Origin: an uncultured Clostridia bacterium
Lineage (GTDB): Bacteria > Bacillota > Clostridia > Christensenellales > CAG-138
DNA: 64,000 nt
Reading direction: 5' to 3'
NCBI GenBank assembly: GCA_937915455.1
Contig: CALDNN010000225.1
Location: 1,317 to 65,316, forward strand
Shown: in pieces, positions 16,592 through 24,501 of the stretch
How the letters are laid out: each line of letters opens with the position of its first letter
How positions within the stretch are numbered: the first letter of the stretch is position 1
Translations under genes and position numbers: made by a program
Notes under the pieces: generated by a model
What the model saw: the letters and a program-made list of their open reading frames with translations, nothing else
The model's database searches: none
What the model was told of the DNA's origin: nothing

Positions 16592-16636
16592 ATGCGGGAT
16601 ATCATACGAGTTCGTTCAAGGAGGTATACCTGGCGC

Positions 16637-17659
16637 ATGAATGCGGCAAGAAGGAACGAGATCATCACCATCCGGGGGCTGAATAAAACCTTCGGCTCGG
16701 GGGATACGGCGGTCACCGCCCTTTCCGGGATCGATCTGACCATTTACGAGGGGGAGATATTTGGCATCATCGGCCTCTCCGGTGCAGGCAAGAGCACGCT
16801 GGTGCGCTGCATGAACTATTTGGAAAAGCCCACCGAGGGCAGCGTGGTCATTGCGGGCCAGCCGCTGGAATCCCTGGCCGAGGGCGAGCTCCTGACGGCC
16901 CGGCGCAACATGGGTATGATCTTTCAGCAGTTCAACCTGCTGATGCAGAAAACGGCCCTGCAAAACATCTGCTTCCCGCTGGAGATCGCGGGCGTATCCA
17001 AGGCGTATGCTATGGAGCGGGCACGGGAGCTGCTCTCCATCGTGGAGCTTACGGATAAGGAAAAGGCCTATCCGGCCCAGCTCAGCGGCGGGCAAAAGCA
17101 GCGGGTTGCCATCGCCAGAGCCCTGGCGGCCAACCCCAAGGTGCTCTTGTGCGACGAGGCCACCAGCGCCTTGGACCCGACCACCACCCGCTCCATCCTC
17201 GACCTTTTGCGGGAGATCAACCAAAAGCTTGGCATCACCATCGTGGTGATCACCCACGAGATGAGCGTGATCGAGGAGATCTGCTCCCGCGTGGCCATCA
17301 TCGACAACAGCCGCATCGCCGAGATCGGCAGCGTAGAGGATATCTTCATGCGGCCCAAGACGGAGATCGCCAAGCGCCTGCTTTACGCCAGCGGCCGCCT
17401 GGGCGAGGAGATGATGGGCGAGAGGTGCCTGCGCATCATCTTCGACGGCACCAAGACGTCTAGCCCCGTGATCTCCAACATGGTATTGGAGTGCGGCGCG
17501 CCCGTGAACATCCTCTTTGCCGACACCAAGACCATCGATGGCAAAATGGTGGGCTACACCCTGGTACAGCTTCCGGAGAACGATACGGTGGTCGAAAAGA
17601 TGAAGCACTACCTCGACCTGCATAGCGTGCATTATCAGGAGGAGGCCTACCATGTTTAA
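16637..17659 (+). CDS. metN: Methionine ABC transporter ATP-binding protein
   Basis: Walker A GLSGAGKST, signature LSGGQKQRV, and a C-terminal NIL domain. Start trimmed to 16637. Confidence 0.9.
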   Translation: MNAARRNEIITIRGLNKTFGSGDTAVTALSGIDLTIYEGEIFGIIGLSGAGKSTLVRCMNYLEKPTEGSVVIAGQPLESLAEGELLTARRNMGMIFQQFNLLMQKTALQNICFPLEIAGVSKAYAMERARELLSIVELTDKEKAYPAQLSGGQKQRVAIARALAANPKVLLCDEATSALDPTTTRSILDLLREINQKLGITIVVITHEMSVIEEICSRVAIIDNSRIAEIGSVEDIFMRPKTEIAKRLLYASGRLGEEMMGERCLRIIFDGTKTSSPVISNMVLECGAPVNILFADTKTIDGKMVGYTLVQLPENDTVVEKMKHYLDLHSVHYQEEAYHV

Positions 17660-18314
17660 TCAACAAATGCTGGAGCTGCTGGGCAACGAGACCCTGGCGA
17701 GCCTCTACATGACGCTGGTCTCCACCGTGATCGCCTATATCCTTGGCGTGCCCATCGGCATTTTGCTGGTGGTCACGGCGGAGGATGGCATTAAGCCCCG
17801 CCCCGCCTTTAACCAGACCCTGGGAGCTGTAGTGAATGTGCTTCGCTCCGTGCCCTTCCTGATCCTCGTAGTATGCGTGCTGGGCCTGACCCGCTTTCTG
17901 GTAGGCACTACCATCGGATCTACAGCCGTGATCCCACCGCTGGTCATCGCCGCCGCGCCCTTTGTCGGCCGCTTGGTGGAAGGCTCCCTCAAAGAGATCG
18001 ACCATGGCGTGATCGAAGCGGCACAGAGTATGGGCGCAACCAACTGGCAGATCATCACCCGGGTGCTTTTGCCCGAGAGCCTGCCTTCTCTAATCAATGG
18101 CGCAACCATCGCCACCACTACCATCCTCAGCTACTCCGCCATGGCGGGCGCGCTGGGCGGGGGCGGATTGGGCGCCGTGGCCATCAACTATGGCTATTAC
18201 CGCTACCAGGTGGATGTGATGTGGATGGCCGTGGTGATCCTGGTGCTTATCGTACAGCTATTCCAAGTCGCGGGTAACAAGCTGACCATCGCTTCGGATA
18301 AGCGCCGGCGCTGA
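17652..18314 (+). CDS. metI: Methionine ABC transporter permease
   Basis: 220 aa, 5 TM, with the EAA-type loop IEAAQSMGAT. Confidence 0.9.
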   Translation: MFNQQMLELLGNETLASLYMTLVSTVIAYILGVPIGILLVVTAEDGIKPRPAFNQTLGAVVNVLRSVPFLILVVCVLGLTRFLVGTTIGSTAVIPPLVIAAAPFVGRLVEGSLKEIDHGVIEAAQSMGATNWQIITRVLLPESLPSLINGATIATTTILSYSAMAGALGGGGLGAVAINYGYYRYQVDVMWMAVVILVLIVQLFQVAGNKLTIASDKRRR

Positions 18315-18388
18315 ACCGCTCCATAAAACTGCAATGCCGCAAGGCGTTTAGCATACATTTAAAATTATTTTATTAGGAGGATTTAACC

Positions 18389-19282
18389 ATGAAGAAACTA
18401 TTTGCCCTTGTCCTCGCCCTGGTCCTGGCCCTCTCCTTTGCGGCCTGTGCCGCTGAACCCGCCGCCGCCCCTGCGGCCGAACCCACCGCCCCGGCAGCCG
18501 AACCCACGGAGCCCGCGGCTGAGCCCGCCGCCGAGCCTGCCGCTCCCGCCGAGCTGGTCAAGATCAAAGTTGGCGCTTCCATCACCCCGCATGCGGAGAT
18601 CCTGGCCGCCGTCAAGGACGACCTGGCCGCAGCCGGCTATGAACTGGAAATCGTGGAATTTACCGATTACGTGCTTCCCAACACCGCTCTGGAGGGCGGT
18701 GAACTAGACGCCAACTACTTCCAGCACCAGCCCTACCTTACGGACTTCAACGCTGAGAACGGCACGCATCTGGTTTCCGTGGCCGCCATCCACTATGAGC
18801 CCTTTGGCATCTATGCCGGCAAAACAGCGGGCCTTGCGGACTTGGCCGATGGCGCTACTGTAGCCATCCCCAACGACGGCACCAACGAAGCTCGCGCGCT
18901 TTTGCTGCTCGAGGCCCAGGGCCTGATCAAGCTTAAGGAAGGCATCGGTCTTACCGCTACCAAGCTGGATATCGCCGAGAACCCCAAGAACCTGGATATC
19001 CAGGAGATCGAGGCTGCCCAGCTGGCCCGCGCCCTGCAGGATGTGGACATCGCCGTGATTAACGGCAACTATGCCATTCAGGCCAGCCTCAAGGTGAGCG
19101 ATGCCCTGGCCATCGAGGATAAGGATTCCGTGGCCGCCGAGACCTATGCCAACGTCCTCGTCGTTAAGGAAGGCAATGAGAACACCGAGGCCACCAAGGC
19201 CCTCGTTGCCGCCTTGCAGAGCGAGACCGTGCGCCAATTCATCGAGAACACCTACGACGGCGCCGTCATCGCTAAATTCTAG
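18389..19282 (+). CDS. metQ: MetQ/NlpA family lipoprotein (methionine-binding)
   Basis: Lipobox LSFAAC and an NlpA-family body (HYEPFGIY, NDGTNEARAL). Confidence 0.9.
   Translation: MKKLFALVLALVLALSFAACAAEPAAAPAAEPTAPAAEPTEPAAEPAAEPAAPAELVKIKVGASITPHAEILAAVKDDLAAAGYELEIVEFTDYVLPNTALEGGELDANYFQHQPYLTDFNAENGTHLVSVAAIHYEPFGIYAGKTAGLADLADGATVAIPNDGTNEARALLLLEAQGLIKLKEGIGLTATKLDIAENPKNLDIQEIEAAQLARALQDVDIAVINGNYAIQASLKVSDALAIEDKDSVAAETYANVLVVKEGNENTEATKALVAALQSETVRQFIENTYDGAVIAKF
18449..18553 (+). repeat. Ala/Pro/Glu-rich tandem linker (AAEP-type) after the MetQ lipobox
   Basis: AAEPAAAPAAEPTAPAAEPTEPAAEPAAEPAAPAE, encoded by a reiterated gccgaaccc-type unit. Confidence 0.8.
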
Positions 19283-19453
19283 TTCTGCGCGGATAGCTGT
19301 CCTGCGCGGACGGCGTGCCCGGGGCACAGCGGTTCTGGTTCCCCTAGGTTTACAGGCCGTTTGTAGCCTTTCGTGCAATATGGTATACTTGGGGCGGGAG
19401 AAATTCCCGCCCTTTGTTGTATCCGAAACCATATAGAGAGGATAGGGGACTTT

Positions 19454-20176
19454 ATGCAGGAGCAGTATGTCCGCACGGCCATGCTTTTGGGCGAGGAAGG
19501 CGTAGCGCGGCTGCGCGCAGCAGCCGTGGCTGTATTCGGTTTGGGGGGCGTGGGCTCCTTCGCGGCGGAGGCCTTGGCCCGCGCCAGCGTGGGCCGCCTG
19601 CTGCTGGTGGATGACGATGTAGTCGCCCCATCCAATTTGAATAGGCAGCTCATCGCCCTGCGCTCCACCATCGGCCGGCCCAAGGCCCTTGCCGCTAAGG
19701 CCCGCATTGCCGATATCGACTCGGATACCGTGGTCGAAGCCCGAATATCCCGCTATGAGGCCGCCACGGCGGATGATTTCGACCTTGCGGCCTATGATTA
19801 CATCATCGACGCTATCGATTCCGTCACTTCCAAGCTCCTGCTCATCGAGCGAGCTAAAGCGGCAGGCACGGCCATCATCAGCAGCATGGGCACGGGCAAC
19901 AAGCTCGACCCAACGGCCTTTCGCGTGAGCGATATCGAGCAAACCGAGGTCTGCCCGCTGGCCCGGGTGATGCGACGAGAGCTGAAGCGCCGGGGCATCC
20001 GGGGCGTGCGGGTGGTCTGGTCCCCAGAGGAGCCACGCGCGCCGCAGCTTAGCGCCGAATCAGCGCCCCCAGGCCGCCGGGCCATCCCGGCCAGCATCAG
20101 CTTCGTACCGGGCACGGCAGGCCTCATCTGCGCCGGTGAGGCCATCATGCATATTGCGGGCTTAAATAAAAATTAA
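19454..20176 (+). CDS. tcdA: tRNA threonylcarbamoyladenosine dehydratase (ThiF/E1-like)
   Basis: Start trimmed to MQEQYVRTAMLLG. GLGGVGS nucleotide loop and SNLNRQ motif. Confidence 0.8.
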   Translation: MQEQYVRTAMLLGEEGVARLRAAAVAVFGLGGVGSFAAEALARASVGRLLLVDDDVVAPSNLNRQLIALRSTIGRPKALAAKARIADIDSDTVVEARISRYEAATADDFDLAAYDYIIDAIDSVTSKLLLIERAKAAGTAIISSMGTGNKLDPTAFRVSDIEQTEVCPLARVMRRELKRRGIRGVRVVWSPEEPRAPQLSAESAPPGRRAIPASISFVPGTAGLICAGEAIMHIAGLNKN

Positions 20177-20254
20177 AGTGAAAGAAGCAAAAAAATAAAG
20201 AAAAATGAACCGGCTTATAATGACCTTGCCTCTACTTTCGGGTATCCTATAGCT

Positions 20255-20962
20255 ATGGGTATGAAGAAAGAAAAACGGCTGGAAGGAAGATTGACACAAA
20301 AACAAAAGCGGCTTTGGAGCGGCTTGGCCATCGCCGCGTTTTTGGTACTACTGGCCTTCTTGTTCGTAGCTGTGGGCATGCCCATGCTGCGCTTTTTGCA
20401 AAGCCCGGAGGCTTTCCGCCGATGGGTGGATGACCAGGGCCTTTGGGGCCGCATAGCCTTTGTGGGGATGATGTTTGCCCAAGTCGTGATCGCCTTCATC
20501 CCAGGGGAGCCGCTCGAGATCGCCGCAGGCTATGCCTTCGGCTTTTGGGAGGGTACCTTCCTGTGCATGGCAGGGGCCTTTTTAGGCAGCCTGGTCGTGT
20601 TCCTTTTTGTGCACAATTGGGGCATCCGGGCTGTGGAGGTCTTTTTCCCTCGGGAGCGTATCCTTTCCCTGCGGTTCCTGCGGGATTCGAAAAAGCGAGA
20701 TATCCTCGCCTTCCTGCTCTTCTTCATCCCGGGCACGCCCAAGGACGTGCTCACCTATTGCGTGGGCCTTACGGACATGCCCCTCTCCACCTGGCTGTTC
20801 ATCAGCACCGTGGCCCGTATCCCCTCTATCGTTACCTCCACCGTGGGCGGCAATGCCCTGGGCATTCAGGAATATTGGTTTGCAATATTGGTATTCGGGG
20901 TTACGCTGGCCATTAGCCTATGCGGCTATCTGATCTACCGCCGCGTGAGCGAGAAGCCGTGA
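20255..20962 (+). CDS. TVP38/TMEM64 (DedA-related) family membrane protein
   Basis: Multi-TM protein with the IPGEPLEIAAGYAFG and FIPGTPKDVLTY motifs. Confidence 0.8.
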   Translation: MGMKKEKRLEGRLTQKQKRLWSGLAIAAFLVLLAFLFVAVGMPMLRFLQSPEAFRRWVDDQGLWGRIAFVGMMFAQVVIAFIPGEPLEIAAGYAFGFWEGTFLCMAGAFLGSLVVFLFVHNWGIRAVEVFFPRERILSLRFLRDSKKRDILAFLLFFIPGTPKDVLTYCVGLTDMPLSTWLFISTVARIPSIVTSTVGGNALGIQEYWFAILVFGVTLAISLCGYLIYRRVSEKP

Positions 20963-21024
20963 TCCTGCGCGACATGCGTGATAAAAGAGGGATGCATTCC
21001 CTCATTATTTAGCTGCTTCTAAAA

Positions 21025-21807
21025 TTAAACATATTTGCGCATGTGTTTGAGCGCGCTTTTTTCCAGGCGGGATACCTGAGCCTGGCTGATGCCGATCTCC
21101 TCGGCCACCTCCATCTGCGTGCGGCCCTGGAAGAAGCGCAGCCTGAGGATGCTCCGCTCCCGCTCGGTTAGCTTTTCCATACCGTTCTCCAAGGCCACAT
21201 GGGTAAGCCAATCCTCGTCGCTCTCGCTATCGTCCTTCACCTGATCCATCACGTAGATGGCATCCCCGTCATCGTGATAGATGGGCTCGAAAAGGGAGAC
21301 CGGATCCTGGATCGCGTCCAGCGCAAAGGCCACCTCTTCTTCCGTCAGTTCCATGGCCTTAGCCACATCGCTTAGGTGTGGCTCGCGGCCCATCTCATCC
21401 ATCAGGCGGGTGCGCGTTTGCAGGGCGCGGTAGGCCGTATCCCGGATGGAACGGGATACTCTGAGGGCATTGTTGTCCCGCAGGTGCCGCCGCACCTCGC
21501 CGATGATCATCGGCACGGCATAGGTGGAAAAACGCACCTCGTGCTTGAGGTCGAAATTATCGATGGCTTTGATAAGGCCGATGCAGCCCACCTGAAAAAG
21601 GTCGTCCATCTGCTCGCCCCTGCCGCTGAAGCGCTGAATCACGCTCAGCACCAGCCGTAGGTTTTCCTGGATAAAGGTTTGGCGGGCTTCCATATCGCCC
21701 CCCTGTATTTTTAGCAGAAGCTCACGGCTCCGCTTTTGCGTCATCATGGGCAGCTTCGCTGTATCCAGCCCGCAGATCTCTACCTTGTTGAGCGCCATTG
21801 CATCCAT
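21025..21807 (-). CDS. sigG: RNA polymerase sporulation sigma factor SigG
   Basis: NKVEICGLDTAKLP, LRLVLSVIQRF, FSTYAVPMIIGE and EIGISQAQVSRLEK are near-identical to B. subtilis SigG blocks. The true start may be M4 at 21798. Confidence 0.9.
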   Translation of the reverse strand: MDAMALNKVEICGLDTAKLPMMTQKRSRELLLKIQGGDMEARQTFIQENLRLVLSVIQRFSGRGEQMDDLFQVGCIGLIKAIDNFDLKHEVRFSTYAVPMIIGEVRRHLRDNNALRVSRSIRDTAYRALQTRTRLMDEMGREPHLSDVAKAMELTEEEVAFALDAIQDPVSLFEPIYHDDGDAIYVMDQVKDDSESDEDWLTHVALENGMEKLTERERSILRLRFFQGRTQMEVAEEIGISQAQVSRLEKSALKHMRKYV

Positions 21808-22175
21808 CCCCCATCGAAGTGATCATTACCCTCTTAGCATTGCCGAAAGGGCTGTTGCTGATTCCGCGAAAAGGGGATTGTTTTGTGGCGTGCTTATGGG
21901 AAACGTTTAGTGGCCCCATGCGTTATAATAAGCGAAGGGCAGAATGCTGGACACGCTCATCGAAAGCCAGGGGCCAAGGCTTTTCGGCCTTTGCCGCAAG
22001 CTTTGCACCGGCCGGGCCGATGCCGAGTCTCTATCAGGAGGCATTGCTTTGCGCCCTGCAAAAGCAGCAAAAGCTGGCTGCTGGCGGCGCTGTTCGTGCT
22101 GGTTATTGCGGCCGTGTTAGTCGGCGGCACGACAGCCTCCACCGCCGTGCAAACCGTATCAGGCCATACATATAT

Positions 22176-22204
22176 AAAAAGCGCGCCGGAGGTTTCCGGC
22201 GCGC
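22176..22204 (-). terminator. Rho-independent terminator (minus strand)
   Basis: GCGCGCCGGA (22181-22190), GGTT, TCCGGCGCGC (22195-22204), with an A5 run on + (T5 on -). Confidence 0.7.
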
Positions 22205-22265
22205 CTGCGCTTTCATAAGAGAAGGGGAGCCGCTTCCTAACGGCTCGATTTATAGATGCTGCGAA

Positions 22266-22370
22266 TCAAATCTTGTGCTTGTGGACTCCGTATAGCACCA
22301 AGGCTATCAAGATGGCCGCCACGCAGACTCCCAAGGTCAGCTTTACCGGATCACTCAAAGCAAAAAACAT
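22266..22370 (-). CDS. Small hydrophobic peptide (34 aa)
   Basis: GGAGG RBS 7 nt upstream. MFFALSDPVKLTLGVCVAAILIALVLYGVHKHKI*: one TM and a basic tail. Terminator ~60 nt downstream. Below the ORF-track size cutoff. Confidence 0.45.
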   Translation of the reverse strand: MFFALSDPVKLTLGVCVAAILIALVLYGVHKHKI

Positions 22371-22408
22371 GCAAAACCTCCGTTAGTATGATGAGAAAGC
22401 GGCGCTGC

Positions 22409-22894
22409 TTATTCTTCTTCGTACCAGCCCTTGCATACGTCCACCCAGGCGGCCGCCCGGGAGCAGCGCTCCAATTCCTCGCAGCTCATGGGTACGGCGC
22501 TGTTGGCGCTGCCCGCAGCGGGGTAGATAATATCGAAGCGGCGCATGGAAACATCGAGGTAAACCGGCACGCCCTCCGGCAGGGCGAAGGGGCATACGCC
22601 GCCCACGGCGTGCCCCGTAAAGGCGAGGGCGTCCTCATGGGCGAGCATGCGGGCCTTGAAGCCGAATTGATCCTTGAATTTGCGGTTATCGGCCCTGGCA
22701 TCTCCGGCCATGACCACCAGCATACAGCCATCCCCGTCGCGGTTCTGGAAGGAGAGGGTCTTGGCAATGCGGGCCGGCTCCGTGCCTACGGCCTCTGCGG
22801 CCAGTTCCACCGTGGCGCTGGACATATCGAACTCCAGAATGGAATCGCCTTTACCAAAGGCGGAAAGGTATTCGCGAACGATTTGTACGGACAT
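22409..22894 (-). CDS. YbaK/EbsC family aminoacyl-tRNA deacylase-like protein
   Basis: 161 aa; HAVGGVCPF motif and YbaK-fold layout. Confidence 0.8.
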   Translation of the reverse strand: MSVQIVREYLSAFGKGDSILEFDMSSATVELAAEAVGTEPARIAKTLSFQNRDGDGCMLVVMAGDARADNRKFKDQFGFKARMLAHEDALAFTGHAVGGVCPFALPEGVPVYLDVSMRRFDIIYPAAGSANSAVPMSCEELERCSRAAAWVDVCKGWYEEE

Positions 22895-22907
22895 GAAAAT
22901 CCTCCTG

Positions 22908-24365
22908 TTACTGTATGACCATGCCGTCCGTGCCGTAACTCATGCCGCCGAGCGTGGAAGCGATCTGTGCGTTGAGCTGCTGCACAGGCGGCGTGTAGGT
23001 ATCCAGCAGGGCCTTATCCTCGGCGTCGATGGCATCCTCCAAGAGGCCGAGATAGGTCTGGAGGAGATCCTTGGTATTCTGGTCGAGATAAGCGCCGTAG
23101 CTGCTGAGCAGGCTCTGGCCCTGATAATAGGCGCTGTTTGCGGCGCTGAGCTCGGCTGCGATCAGCTGGCGGTTGAGCTCGATCTGGGCGGTGATATTCG
23201 TCACGTCCGCATCCGCATCCACGGAGATCTTGGTGCCGAAGATCTCGCTCATCAGCGTTTCCGCGCGGGAAGCATAGAGGCCCCAGTAATCCCGGCCGCT
23301 GTAGTCGAAGGCCTTGCCCTCCAGCGTGTGGGTGGCGAGCTGGGCCATATCCATGCGCAGGGCAACCAATGAGAGAGAGGATATCTGCTTGAAGCTCAGG
23401 TTCGTCATGATATTCTGCTCTACGGCCTTGTAGATATTGGGGATGTTGACGATCTGCTCCGTGGATTTGAGCTGCTGCACGATGGCGGCCACCATCTTTT
23501 GCTGGCGGCCTACCCGCGCGATGTCGCTCGAGCCCTTGCGCTGGCGGCAATAATCCAGCACGCCCTGGCCATCCAAATGCTGGAGGCCGGGGTAGAGCTT
23601 ACGGCCGTTCATGGTGACTTCCACATCCACGTCGTAATCTACGCCGCCCATGGCGTTGACCACCTCTTTGACCACGTTCATGTTGAAGCCCACGTAGTAA
23701 TCGATGGGCACGCCCAATAGCTTGGACACGGTATTGGCCGTGTAGGCAAAGCCGTCTTTCTGCGCGCCGCCGCCTGCGGAGAAGGCGGAGTTGATTTTGG
23801 CAAAGGGCGTAGCTTCATTGGCCAGGTTACCTTTGGCGGTATAAAGTTTGACGTAGCTATCGCGCGGTACGGAGATGATATCCACATCGTTGGTGGCAAA
23901 ATCGATGGTCACCAGCATAATGGTATCCGTGCGGAAGGAACCCCAGTTCTCCCGCTCCGTGCTCTCATCTATGCCCAGTACCAAAATGTTGGCCCTGTTC
24001 TGCATGAATTCGAGATCGGCCTCACTGCTCAAAACGGCCTCCGGATCCGGCATGGGGGAGGGGGTAGGCTCCGGCGTGGGGCCGTTATCGGCCGCGGGCA
24101 TGGGCGTTGCCGTGGGCGTGGAGATGACCTCAAAGAGGTTGCTGGGCGCGGTGATATCCTGATAGAACTTAACACCCCAGATCACGGCGCATACAACCAA
24201 CGCCAAAACGGCCGCGAGGACGATCTTGGCGGCAGCACCCATCTTCTTTTTCTTCTTGTGCTTTTTATGCTGGCCGCCGGGTTGGCCCCTATTGGGTCGG
24301 GCCTCTCCAGGCCGGGCCTCTCCAGGTCGGGGCTGCCCCTGCAGTTCGCGCATATCCTGTTCCAT
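22908..24365 (-). CDS. LCP (LytR-CpsA-Psr) family protein
   Basis: Start trimmed to MEQDMREL. Basic cytoplasmic tail, one TM, and LCP core (ILVLGIDES...RTDTIMLVT...SVPRDSY...GRQQK). Confidence 0.85.
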   Translation of the reverse strand: MEQDMRELQGQPRPGEARPGEARPNRGQPGGQHKKHKKKKKMGAAAKIVLAAVLALVVCAVIWGVKFYQDITAPSNLFEVISTPTATPMPAADNGPTPEPTPSPMPDPEAVLSSEADLEFMQNRANILVLGIDESTERENWGSFRTDTIMLVTIDFATNDVDIISVPRDSYVKLYTAKGNLANEATPFAKINSAFSAGGGAQKDGFAYTANTVSKLLGVPIDYYVGFNMNVVKEVVNAMGGVDYDVDVEVTMNGRKLYPGLQHLDGQGVLDYCRQRKGSSDIARVGRQQKMVAAIVQQLKSTEQIVNIPNIYKAVEQNIMTNLSFKQISSLSLVALRMDMAQLATHTLEGKAFDYSGRDYWGLYASRAETLMSEIFGTKISVDADADVTNITAQIELNRQLIAAELSAANSAYYQGQSLLSSYGAYLDQNTKDLLQTYLGLLEDAIDAEDKALLDTYTPPVQQLNAQIASTLGGMSYGTDGMVIQ

Positions 24366-24501
24366 AACGAAAAAACCTCGCAAATCGAAGTCTAGCCAAA
24401 AGACTAGCCACATTATACTGCATTTAGGGGCTCCCGAACAGGCATACCATAAATTTTAACAATTTCTGCGGAATTTTGCCGAAACGCAGCGCGGTCGTTT
24501 T

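Noticed and set aside
16385-16636. Expected S-box (SAM-I) riboswitch or T-box upstream of metN
   Set aside because: I looked for the SAM-I core (CTTATCAAGAG...GGCCC...GCAACC) and for T-box/specifier features. Only a superficial CTTATGAAC match is present. The leader-peptide interpretation fits better but needs an Infernal scan.
21798-22295. 165-aa + strand ORF upstream of sigG
   Set aside because: It has no family resemblance as a whole, runs through a terminator hairpin and overlaps other frames with better local similarity. I interpret it as part of a decayed remnant rather than a gene.
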